This document shows, piece after piece, positions 43,295 through 54,920 of a stretch of DNA of 64,000 nt. The stretch is from NCBI GenBank assembly GCA_965240325.2, contig OZ251229.1, positions 2,604,001 through 2,668,000 on the forward strand, written 5' to 3'. Both the position numbers and the translations under genes were made by a program. The notes beneath the pieces were generated by a model. The model was given only the letters and a program-made list of their open reading frames with translations. It was not told the origin of the DNA and searched no databases. Source of the stretch: Rebecca billardiae RCC1528. Its lineage: Eukaryota; Protista; Haptophyta. The stretch's first letter is position 1, and the number at the start of each line of letters is the position of its first letter.

Positions 43295-46200
43295 GGAGTG
43301 GCGCCAAGGGGGCGCGCGCACATCAATCAGCAAGTCGTGTCGAGCACCCGCGCCGGCACCGCACTCCGCAGGGGGGGGGGCGCTCGGGGCCCGCGGCTGA
43401 GGCGGACGCCTTCATCGTGAGCGTGGTCAGCCATCATCAGTGTAGTCATGATCATCATCGTCAGCGCAGTCATCTCATCAGCAGCAGCTGTCAAAAGAAT
43501 AAATATAATATATGGCATCCGTACTGAGACGACAGAGTCACTACTCGGTACTCAGACCCGAGACCGCGGCTCACTCGCTAGTCCGCAGTGTGACAGTGAC
43601 TAGTGAGTCCGAGTGTGCCAGTCTGTCTGTGTGAGTGTGACTTACTCTGACTCAACTGTTGATCGACGATATAATAATATAATATATATGATCGGCTACG
43701 CCGATCTTCGGGTAGTAAACAACGAAGTTGAGGGCGCACGGCCCTGGTATCTAGTTGTCGCGCGCGTTCTTCACGACTGCTGAATCACGTTGCGCGCGCG
43801 CCCGGCGCGTCGCCGTACACGAGGGCGACTGCGAGCACGGGTTAGACTGAGAGGGGAGCACGGCGTCGCCCGCCTAGCTGCGGCTAGCATATGTTATTAT
43901 GCCACCTCGCCATCGTCGCAGAGAGTGCAGACTCGCCGCTCGCAGATCTAAGCCTGTGGCTCGTCTCGTCGGTCAGGCAGTCAGGCATCCGTCGAGTGAT
44001 GACTGCGTCAGACGACTGCGCGTTGCAGCCGCAGCCATACCGTACATACATACGCTCTCAGCGGGACTACGCGCGAGTTGTTCATCTGCCCTTCTAACGG
44101 TGCCGGCACGTGGCGCGACGATTCTGGCGTCATTAATGTCATTATCACTTGACGACTCGACTGATCACGACGAGTGCCGTCATCGTCTGGTTCCCCTGAG
44201 AAGTCTTCTGGAATGCATCAGCGACATGCTCCCGCAGCCTGGTCAGTGGTCCAAGCCAGTCACATCCGGCAGCCTGACATCATCCCACCCACATGCCGCG
44301 CGGGCAGAGAGGCGCGCTATGCCCACGCGACTGGCTTCCTAGAAGCTGCCGTGACGGAACGAGTGTCAGCAGTGGACCGCCGGCCGGTGCCGCGCGCCGC
44401 ACCGCCGGGCCCAATGGCAACGATGAACACCCGGTGGCCGGCGGTGCGGCCCTAGGCTAGTGCGCCGGATCTAATTCTATCGCGTATAGAACGACCGGCC
44501 GTGACGCGCTCTGCATCACGTACATTCGGACGCGGCAATGAGCAGCATGCACCACCGTCCGGCCGTCTCAGGTCGCTGTCGTCGGCAGCCAGCCGGTGCC
44601 GGGCACGGTGGCGCCGGGCGCTCGCAGCTGAAGGACCGCGATCAAGGATTGATTGCCAAGTCCGTGAGTGAAGTCGTCAGCCGCGACGACTGGGAAGTTG
44701 AGCCTGATGCTGCCCGCTGCCGGTTCGCGGGACGAATGACGAGCAGCCTATGGTCCGTGAACCTGCGTCAGCTCCTAGAACTCTTCCAGACGTGGTGAGG
44801 ATATCCCTCACTGCGAACTCAGCCCTCTCGCGCTGACGCAGCGCGTAGACCTTGCGGCCTGCTGCGTGCCGCGAGCTATCGGACAGCGCGGCCCGCCGGC
44901 CGCGGGCCTTGGGCGGCGGGTCGACGGCTCCAGGCAGCTGCGGAGGACGCGGAGGCCGGTCGCATCCCGGCCAATGCGTGGGCATCGGCCCGGCGGTTGG
45001 GCCCGTCAGCACGTCGGCAAGCGCTCTGATGCCACTCGACTCTCGAGACTGGCTGCCGAGCCGTGTCGCGCAACCGTGCCCGGCAAGACACGTGGGTCCG
45101 CGCCGAGCGTTCACCGGCCTCCGAACCCGCGCACGCCTACCAGCCCAGGGCCAGGGCACGCGCCGTCGAGCTGCCCAGTCGCAAGCAGCTCGACAGCCCC
45201 GCTGTGTGCGCGCGCCCTGCCGGTCCGTCCGCTGCCCGCTCGAGGGCGAGCACGCGGCGCCTCACCTGTCGACCACGACAGCGCGCCTCGCGTGCACACT
45301 CTGACGGCGAGGCCCGGGATCTGGGCATGCGATGGCACTACCCGCGCCTCCGCCAAGTCTCGGCCTGGCCGAGGGGTGCAACACCGGCCGAGCCCTCGGC
45401 CCGGCGCGCCGCCGCCAGCCTGAATGCGCTGAAAAGCCCCGAAGCCGTGCGCGGCAGGCCTGCGCGTGCGAGCGGCGATGGGCGTGGGCGGCGTTGCGCG
45501 GCGCGAAGTGGGCCAGGGGCATACGTCAGCCTCGACTTTAACTTTGCACTTGCATATGTATGTGATTAAGGCGACAACCGTCCAAAAACGGACAGAGATG
45601 AGATAGGCAGAGAGCCCAGAAATGACGGTTCGTTAGCTCGTACCATTATAAAACTTTACCACCTTGATAACCGTATGAACCAGGGCGCGCGGGAACGTCG
45701 ATTCAAGCTACCCGCGCAATACCATATCGCGTCGCTGCCATCATTGTTGATGAGCGAATTCAGGCCTCATCAACAAATGATCATATGGGTCGAGAGCGAG
45801 AATGTTCGCCTTCAGGCTGTGTCGTTCATCTGAAATACAAGAATTGGATTGCCACCGAACCAAATGTTTGGTTCGCTTTATTACCGATTTTGGGCAACTG
45901 AAAACATGAAACTGCACTTTTTTGAAAAACGCACTTCAAAAAGTTTCATCTTTTGAAAACCGGATTTAAAACATGTTTTGTTTTGTTTTTGGAAAACAAG
46001 TTTTGCCAAAACGAAACAAAACATGAAAACGTTTTTCAAAACGTGTTTTCAAAACGTGTTTTCAAAAAGTGCAAACCTGTTTTCTCTTTTTCAAAAACGT
46101 TTTCACTTTTTGTCTTCTTCCAAAAAGTGACGCTCGAAAACACACGGTGAACAGAATGGCGGCCAAATGTCTACTTCACGGTGGCCGCCGCGCGACGCGG

Positions 46201-47508
46201 GCCGGCGGCCTAGTAAGAACCCTGAGCCGGCGCGGACGGGCACTGGCAGGTGCGCAACCACCCAATACATGCTCCAGACACCGCTCACCAGCCCCTGCCA
46301 CTGCGTCTCCTCGTCTACTACTGCCCGCGACACGCGCGAATGTCATCTCAATCGCGGCTGCGTCGCGCGACCGCGCGTCCGCGCGCGCATGCGGTGCGCA
46401 GGCGTCAGATGGCGGAGGTGGAGATGCGGTGCGACGCGCATGGACGATCTCGCGCAGACGCACCTCGCTCGCAGGCCCGCTGCCACTGGATGCGCCCGGC
46501 TGCACCGTCCGTTTGCTGCGCGCAGTCGCAGCCGGCCGTTCTTGTCAACGGTGTTGGTGCGCTTCTTCATGATCTTGCCCACGATCACCTGCTTGGCGGC
46601 CTGCTCGACGCGGCCAGCTCGCGGCATGCTCGTGCCGCGTCTGTTCGAGCTCAGCCCGCCCGCCCGGCACGTGCGGTCGCGGAACGTGTTGCCGATGATC
46701 TTGCCGTCGTGCTCCGACGCTTGTGTGCTCGCGCGGTGCAGCGCGCCGCCGAGTCGCACGATGGCGCGAAGGGCGATGGCGACGACCACGTGCGGGTAGC
46801 ACGCGACCGTGCTCGTCCACCGCTTGAGCTCACGCACATACGCGCACCTGGCGTTGAGCGCAGCAAGCACCATCACCTTCACCTCCGCGGCGGTCGTCGG
46901 ACGCCGCCGACGAGTTCGCGCACCGCCGCCAACCACAGTCGGCAGAAGTCCTCACGCGTGAGCTGCGGCTGCTGCGGTGCCTGAGCAGCGTTGGCGTAGC
47001 CCTCGCACGGCACGTTGGCGTCACGCGCGTGCTGCATCCTCTGCTGCCCGCCGTCACCGGCGTGGCCCTGGCGGTACCTGGCCGCACGCGGCGCGCACTA
47101 CGACCTCGTCGTGTCCGCCGACTTTGCGTCTGCCGACGGCTCGGTCCACACTGATCGTCAGCCCTGGGCTCCGCGGGGCCCCGTGCAGCGCCACTGCTGT
47201 GCGACGATCGCATCGATATGACTCACAGCGACTCACGCGTACTTGTGTCGTAGTAGCAGTATGGCAGCGTCATGCAGGGCATCAGACGACTGATAATGAC
47301 GCTGAGGGCTCCTGCCCGAAGCGCACGGGCCCGCGGAGGGATGAAAGTCGAAAGACATGATATAATTCTGGTGAACACAGCTTTAAACAATTTTAATTCG
47401 TGAGGGGAGACCCAGCTCCGACCCCCTTTAATTGTGTGTCCAATACTGCTGAGGAAAGTAATACCGGAGTAGGAATACGAACAATGGGGCCTCAAACGTT
47501 TTTTGATT

Positions 47509-47605
47509 AGGCACGCCTCGGGAATCGAGAACGCACTTGGTTAATTTTTGCGCCAATTAAGGCACGCCTCGGGAATCGATAACGCACGTGGTTAATTTTT
47601 GCGCG
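47509..47605. repeat. Near-identical tandem duplication of about 51 bp
   Basis: AGGCACGCCTCGGGAATCGA(G/T)AACGCAC(T/G)TGGTTAATTTTTGCGC occurs twice. Confidence 0.9.
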
Positions 47606-47686
47606 CGCCGCATAGAGATGTCGTTGCGATTCCCACAAATCTGGCGGCGATCTTAGCGGTACCCCTGTTACCCAGTTCATACCGCC

Positions 47687-48688
47687 TATCCCCTTACCGC
47701 AGGTTGCTTCTATACGAAGCAAAGATGGGTTCGCCCCCGCGGGTGCGTGCTCGGCGGGCAGGTGGACGCCGCGAGAGGGCGCGCGATGGCTGAGAGGCAT
47801 CTTCGTGAGCATGTTCGTGGGCCACCCGAGCCTCATCGCCGCCGCCCTCCCCCTTCTCCGGTGCCACGGCGTCCAAACGGAGTGCCAAACGAGTGTTCGA
47901 GCACGCCCAGAAGCAAAGTTTTGAGGGGTGCTCAGCTCGCCTCTGAGGTGCTCGTATCGCTGCGGTATGGTGCCGCACGCGGTACCGCATCAGGCGGGGT
48001 GAAGGACGTCACCCGCCGGTCGGCTCTCGGGCTGCCAGTCAGTGCCTGTGGTGCTCGGACGCTGCTCTCCGAGCTCGAGATCCATCATGCGGCTTCCTGT
48101 GTGACGTCGGCAATGAGGAGGGTGTACTTGCGCAGCGGGGCGCGCGCGTCGCGCATGCGATCGACACCGAAGCAGACGAAGAAACATGACCGCCCATCCC
48201 GCCGAGCTCCTGGCTGACTTGCACTCGGCAATCACGCCGCGCGCGCGGCCTGCGGCTGCTGCGTGCGCCGCAAGCCGCCAAGCGTGTCACGCGCGACTAT
48301 CAGGTGAGTGAGTTCAGCGCGACGAGTCAGGTGAACGCGCGCAGACCAGCGCGTGCAGTACGTACACCGCCTACAGCCATCTCGACCGATCGCCTACCTG
48401 CCTGAAGCAGCTGCAAGGCGTGCAGCCGGGTGTCGCGGGCACACGGCCAGCCTGGCGGGCACGACACGCCCGTACGGCAGCTCGGCGCGCTGCCGCGCGA
48501 TGCCATCGTGGAGGCATTGTAGCTGGAGGGACCAGTCTGGCGGCTGTCTGAGGGTAGCTAGACCATGCCTGCACAGTATCATGCGGCGTTCAGCGCCCAA
48601 AGGCGCCCTGACTGGCCGCAAGGCGCCCTCAGCGGACGCCGTCAACTTTGCTTCCATACGAAGCAAAGTGAACTGCGGTAAGGGGATA
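47687..48688. mobile_element. Nested 1.0 kb TIR element inside the IS630 element
   Basis: TATCCCCTTACCGCAG at 47687 and CTGCGGTAAGGGGATA ending at 48688 form a perfect 16-bp inverted repeat including the TA. Each end is followed internally by a TTGCTTC-N5-GAAGCAA palindrome. Confidence 0.75.
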
Positions 48689-49849
48689 CAATACGGTGAC
48701 GGTACGCAAAGCGCCTGCCGCTTTTGCCGACGACGCCGGGTCCCCGGTAGGGAGGGGCACGCGTGCAGATGCGGAGGCGGAGCGCGGCGGCGTGCGCGCA
48801 ATTCGCCAACGTGCGTGCAGCCCTGGCCATTCTCATCCGCCGCCGGTACCGCGGTGAGGGCGACGCGGGCGGCGCGCGCATGTCGGACGCGCTGTCCACT
48901 GAACACGTCGCGCGCTGGGACGCGCGCGTCGCCGGGCTGCGCGCGCTGGAACTGCGCGATGAGCCGTTTGTGGACCTGGCGCGCCTCGCCGTGCACCCGC
49001 ACGAGGCCACGCGCCCCGGCGCGCGCGCGTCCGCGGCCTCGCACCCAAACTGCGAGACGCCGGCAGCGCTCGACGCGTGCCTCGCGCAGCTGCGCGCGCG
49101 GCTGGCGAGCACGCTGAACGACGTGGACGAGGCGCGCAACGCGGAGCGCCGCGCGGGTCACGCCGCGCGTCGAGCCGCCCCGCGCGCGGCGCGCGACGGC
49201 TGCAGGAGTCTACGCCGTACAGTCGGTTGTGCCCTGCGCCGCTCGCTCCGCACCTGCAGACCGGTGGGCCATCCGCGGTGCGTGCCGTTGCCGCGCCGTC
49301 GTGCCCTAGGGCCGTGCGCAGCGACGACTGCATCGACGCGCGCCTCGCCGTGCGCCTCGGTGGGCCTTGCAGAAGTGCCGCGCTGCCGCGCCGCTGGCTT
49401 AATCGCACGCGCGACTGCGGCGCGCCACCGGATGATACCGTTAGTCAGCGCTGAACGGCCAACTCGTCCCATCGTCAGACCCTAACCAGCTTCTCCGTCG
49501 CGTCCTAGACGCGCTGTGTTCGACCAGCCCCACCGGGACAAGGCCGCTAGGCCCCCGCTGTTTATGATGATGAGTGAATTGAGTGATGATCGGCTCGCGT
49601 CCGGACGCGCGCATCATCACGCTGCTCGTCGCGCCCAGATTCCGCTGCTCGCCATGATGACGAACGAAGCACGGACTCCTGCAGGCCGATGTGCTCAGCG
49701 GCGCGCTTACTGCGTCGGCGACAGGATCCTCCATCAGCTCCCGCCCCTGGCCCTGTCGCAGCAGGGCACGGCTGAGGGTCACACCCGCTGATGGCCGGGC
49801 GAGACCAAGCATCAAGCGCGCACGCATGCGCGGTCGCCGCGGCGCACTT

Positions 49850-50307
49850 GCGCGCACCACCGGAACCTCAACGGTCTTCTTGCGCGTCATGCGGATGACC
49901 TGCATTGCCCTGCAGACGGTCGGCGCGCTGACGCTCAGGCCATACCACAGCGCAAGGCGTGCACACGTTTGGGCCAGCGTGTCTCGCGAGTACATCGTGA
50001 CGAGTGCTTTCAGCAGGAAGAGCTGGGGCAGGTCAAAGATCGGCGGGCCAGAGGACGCGACGCCACCCGACTGCGTGCTCACGATCTGCTGCGTCGCGAG
50101 GTACTCCCGCACCCACTTGAACACGGTCGATTTGGCGACGCCCGTGAGTCGAGCGATCTCGTCGTACGTGCACGACGAGTTGCCCGCGCGCAGTCGGAGG
50201 GCAGTCCCCACGACGCGCTGCCGAAGGCACACGTCGTAGCTCCTACCCTGTCGGTACACGCCGTTGTGCGCGTTGACTGCGATCCGCGGCCGTGGCTCGC
50301 GCGGCAT
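49850..50307 (-). pseudogene. IS630-type transposase, N-terminal HTH region only
   Basis: GRSYDVCLRQRVV..YDEIARLTGVAKSTVFKWVREY..TLAQTCARL..VSAPTVCRAMQVIRMTRKK. No intact DDE domain follows. Confidence 0.8.
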
Positions 50308-51173
50308 CTCCTGTCGCCGCCGATGCCCGCCGCCGCGCGACGCGGTGGGCAACGGTCTTTCTTTCCTCTCCAAGAAAACTTTTTCAAAACAAAACTTGAA
50401 ACACGTTTTGAAAACTTAAGTTTTGTTTTGTTTTTTTGAAACACGTTTTGAAAACTTGTTTTCAAAACGTGTTTCAAAAAAACAAAACAAAACAAGTTTT
50501 TCGAAAACATGTTTTCAAAAAGATTTTTTTCCAAAACCTGTTTTAAAAAATGAAAAAAAGTTCAAAAAACAAAACAAAACTTGCAAAAACGAAATGCATG
50601 TTTTCAGTTGCCCAAAATCGGTAATATGCAGAATCTCGTTTCAGTTGAATGGCGGGCGATCGTCTTTCGTTGAAACGGTGTTTTTGAAGCGCAGTTCTCT
50701 TAAGAGAAGAGGGATGCGTCTAATCTAAAACGCTGTTTTTCAGAAGCGCGTGAATCAAAGCTGACGACCCAACCTATCGTTTCTATGGTTGGCGAGCTGT
50801 TTCAGGCTCTTACAATTCAGGCATCTGTTACTATGACGGAATGTTCTAACACACGGCTGGTGTTATGTGCTATTCCACTCTGCATTCCCCTAAGTGTTAC
50901 TATCGTTAAAATTAAGGGGCAGTACAAACGCAATCATTGCGGCAGCGATATCCACTCATACGCGGTGGCCACCTACCGAAAAATCCCCAAAATCCTGCGC
51001 GCATCCTCTTTTTGATTTTGCGGAGCACGTGCGCCGCCCCCCCCCCCCGGCTTTCGCTCACGCTCAGACCTTTCGGGGGGGGGGGGGGGGGGGGGGGGGC
51101 GTGCGCCATAATAATAACACTGCATCATGCTGCGCGCAGCTTATTTAATTTTTCATCAGTGACTATCATCGTT

Positions 51174-51177
<4 letters not shown>

Positions 51178-51212
<35 letters not shown>
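51178..51212. repeat. (TA)n microsatellite
   Basis: Seen directly. Confidence 0.95.
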
Positions 51213-51216
<4 letters not shown>

Positions 51217-51415
51217 TATATATTAACGACATATATCATGAAATAGCACGCACGCAGTGATTATATATGAATCGTGTAATGATGGTGACGCGATGATGAT
51301 ACGGTAGTAGTTTGTAGCAGTCGTATAATATAGCAGCAGTAGTATTACATCCGTCAACTGAGTCTGATGATGACTGCCGACATGGCTGATGAGTGATGTG
51401 ATGATTATATAGTAG

Positions 51416-53947
51416 TTAACTCGCCGTTGTAGTGTGGTTGTAGATGCGTAAGTAGTTGAGCAAGCGCCCGTAGCGCGCCTGGTCGTCGGCGTGCTTCTTT
51501 GCCAGGTTCGACAGCTCCTGCACCTCCGATGCCTGCGGACATGCGCGCCAGACGCGCACCACAGCGGCAGCGGTAGCAAATGTGAGCAGGCGCGCGGCGT
51601 GCACGGCGTTCACGAACGGCGCGCGACCGCACGCGCGCGCAGCTGCGCAGCGGGGGACGCAGAGTGCGTGTGCCGCGCACCTGGATGCACCGTTCGCGGA
51701 TGTCAGGCACCAGCGAGGTCAGGCGTCCGAAGTACGCCTTGTCCAGGCGGAGCACGTAGCACGGGTCGGCAGCAGACACTGTCGCCTGGCGTGCTCCTGT
51801 GCCGTTGGTCGTGATCGACGCCTCGCCGAACACCTTCACGCCGGTGCTCGAGACGCCGTTGTCGTGCGAGGCGATGCTGCCAACCACGACAGGAACGTCC
51901 ATCGCGCCCACGAGGCTCACATCCAGGCGGCCAGAAATGAAGACGTAGAGAGAATCGGCGCGTTCCCCTTGGCGCATCACGACCTCGCCGACGTCCACGG
52001 ATCGCAGCTTGAAGAGCGGCGCGGCCGCGAGCGCGTCGGGCAGCTTGCGCAGGTTCAGCAAGTGCGCGCGCTGCAGGAACTGCACCACAATGTCGCGCTG
52101 CAACACCTCCCGCGAGGCGGCGGGCACATCGTCGCGCTTGATGATCATCACGATGGTGTCGTCCGCGACGGCCGAGCACGTGCTGAACCGAATGAGCGGT
52201 ATCACCGCGCCGCCTTCCTCGCCAAACGTGACCGGCGGCTCGCCAGCACTCGTGCGAGCGAGATCGCGCTTGAACTTGCGGCCGTCCTGCCCCTGCACGG
52301 CACCGTGGAGCAGCACGCATGTCCAGCTGGCGGCCGAGCCCTCACGATAGATGACGTTGTGGCGCGCGTACGTGCGGAAGCCGGCGTCGCTGCACACGTC
52401 CAGCGCCTCCTCGCGCGACAGCGCCGCGAACGCCGGGATCGGCATCAGCGCGTCCACCAGCCGGTCGACGAGGGAGCGCGAGTTGCCGGCATCACCGCCC
52501 AGCAGCTCATCCGCGAGCGAGCCCTGGATCGAGCTCACGTCACCCAAGATCCCGCTCTGCCGGGCCCTGCGGACGCCGATAGCTGCGCGTGGGGCGTTGA
52601 CTTCTTGCGTCGGCGGCGCATGCTCTGCCGGTTCCCCTCCGGCGGCGCCTCCTAGTGGGCTCATCTGAGGGATCGACGTCGACCGTTCTTCGTCACGCTC
52701 TGCGGGATCGGAGGAGGAGGACGAGCTGCTCCCGCCCGCCGTGATCTGCTTCCTCACTGGAGGCATCGTCCTGCGCACGCACGCCGGAAGTGGAGGGTGG
52801 TGTGACGCACCGCGATCAGCATGCGCGGGTGGGCGCGCTCGGGCACAGTGCTCGCAAGCGCGCATTCGCCGAGCATCATCCGCGCGACGTACTCGGACGA
52901 AAGGTCAGCGGAAGACGGGCCCATGGAGGGGGCGACGGTAGCTCGATCATCAGCGTCGGTGGTCTCCCCCAGCACGGCGGGTCTGAGAATCGGACCCAGC
53001 TTCGGCACCGGGCTCCACGACGAGGGAGAGTGTGTGGAGTCGGCGGTGGCCGCCTCGGCGCCGAGCTGCGCTGCAACAAGCTGCGCAGCTAACGGCGAGG
53101 AAGCGTAAGGCCGCGATGGAGTCGGTAGCAGTGCGGCCAGGGCGGGCTGCGAGGCGCCCATGTGGCGTACACCGGGCAGCTTGGCGGGGGGGCGCTGGCG
53201 CGCTGCCGCCCATTCGTCGGACGGTAGCACGCTGCCCAGCGCGAGGCGGCCGGAGGCGTGAGCGTGGTGCGTGTTGGACACGTGCATGGGGGGGTTGGGC
53301 GCGTCGACAGCCGCCGCCAGCATCGAGCTCACGTCGGCTGGCGCCTGCGCGTAGCAGCCACCAGCGTGTCCAGCCATTGGCCCTGACGCTCGGCGTGATG
53401 ATGCCGTGCCGGCCGAGCTGCTTGCCCCGTAGGTGCTAGCACCGGGCAGTGCAGACCCGCCTAACGTCGCCGAGCCGCGATGGAAGCGCGTCCCAACCGC
53501 ACCCTTGCCGCCGCTGCCGAGCACGCCGGTCAGAGAGGCTGAGCTGCGGTGGAAGCGCTGTCCCGTCGAAGCCGGGCCGGCCGCACCATCTCGCCGCCCC
53601 AGTGCCCCGGGGTTGAGTGGCGCGCCAGACGCGCCAGCGGCGTTGTTGCTGCCGCTTCCGAGCAGTCCCGTCCCGGACGGCGTGCGTGACAGGGATGCCG
53701 GTGTGCGATGCACGCGTGAGGACCCGCCGTAGCCTGTCGACGACGGCGCGCTCGAGCTGAGCGGGGCGCCAGACGCGCCAGCGGCGCTGCTGCCGGCGCT
53801 GCCGAGCAGCCCGGTTCCGGGCTGCGCTTTTGCCAGGGAGGCCGATGTGCGACGGAAGCGTGAAGACCCGCCGCTCGTCGACGACGAGGTCGCGCTGCCG
53901 CCCCCACCGGCTGACCTCGTGCCCGCCAGCGCCGGACGCTGCATCAT
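51416..53947 (-). CDS. Tandem cyclic-nucleotide-binding domain protein with long disordered N-terminus; introns 52771-52892, 51533-51680
   Basis: CNB-A: VIYREGS..VLLHGAV..FGEEG..RFSTCSA. CNB-B: VMRQGERADSLYVFISGRL..FGEASI..RQATVSA. The splice phases are consistent. Confidence 0.85.
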
Positions 53948-54636
53948 CTTGACCCGCGTATGGAGGCGGATGGCCCAGCGTCGCGTGAGACCACGCGATT
54001 GGTCAACCGGCGGCGGAAAGATCGTGAAGCCCCCGCGTGTTGATGAGATTCCTCACCCCTGCAGGCGAAGCCGCGAAGATACGCAGGCCGCTGCCACCGG
54101 CTAACTATTGATTTTCCCCACGCCTAGCTACCCAGCTGCTGCTTGATGTTCCTGTTGATGACCTGAACACTCTACTTTACAAGTATCTGCTGTTACATGA
54201 GCTAACCCCGCCGTAAACTTTAACTGTACACCGAAATAGTAGCAGTATTCCGCGCGCGCGCGATTGCCGATTGTCGTCAATGTCATCAGGTGCATCTAAT
54301 CTCCAGTAACGGTAGATCACCCCCCGCTCTGCGAGGAGCGACGACCCGCCGGGGGCGCCGCCGGCCGTTACATGCACGTCGTCATCGATTATGATCGCCT
54401 GCTGCGCTGAGGATAGTCCTTTTAATACTCATTCTATGATGATTCAGTAACGACATGCAGCAGTGAATAAGCATTAGATATAAGTAGAGACGCACACAGC
54501 TAGTATTATATACGCATTATGCTGATGGCATAATCGGCTAGCTGCTGGTCACTCATGACTCAGTCCGAAGTGTGACTCACAGCCCAGTCAGTCGTGGAGT
54601 ACTTAGCGGTCATAGCGGTCTCTCCCCTCGCAGACC

Positions 54637-54691
54637 AATTCTATGATTTAAAGACACAGGCACGAGGGCGCAGCTCTCCTGATTCGTCTGT
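54637..54691 (+). repeat. Dispersed 55-bp repeat, copy 2
   Basis: Identical to 30263-30317. Confidence 0.9.
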
Positions 54692-54720
54692 AGTGGGACC
54701 GCCCTGACGGTCTCGTCGGA

Positions 54721-54723
<3 letters not shown>

Positions 54724-54756
<33 letters not shown>
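54724..54756. repeat. (TA)n microsatellite
   Basis: Seen directly. Confidence 0.95.
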
Positions 54757-54759
<3 letters not shown>

Positions 54760-54920
54760 AAGTATATGCGCTGCCCAGGCTCAGCGCAGCAGATGCTACT
54801 CTGCTCGTCGTCATATCCCCGTATTCGTCACTTCGTCCTCCGGATTCGTATCGTCGCGTATGCGCGCATGTTGCGTGGCGCGGCTGTCCTCGTCATCAGC
54901 GTGCCACGGCCAGCGCGTCA

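Larger units (their letters stand above)
45881..50624 (-). mobile_element. IS630/Tc1-mariner-superfamily element, about 4.7 kb, defective, carrying cargo
   Basis: Perfect 28-bp TIR TTACCGATTTTGGGCAACTGAAAACATG at 45881-45908 and 50597-50624, with TA on both flanks. About 230 bp of subterminal TTTTGAAAAC-type arrays at each end. A transposase N-terminus lies inside. Confidence 0.92.

Noticed and set aside
43890-45560. Several 60-185 aa ORFs
   Set aside because: No motifs and no consistent codon bias; probably non-coding or decayed repeat.
45909-46140. AT-rich repeat array (also 50374-50596) as CRISPR or telomere, and its FENVF-type ORFs
   Set aside because: The units are irregular with no spacers and mirror each other as transposon subterminal repeats.
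46100-49700. Fanzor/TnpB nuclease inside the IS630 element
   Set aside because: No RuvC-I DPG, zinc-ribbon or RDxNA motif was found in the translations examined.
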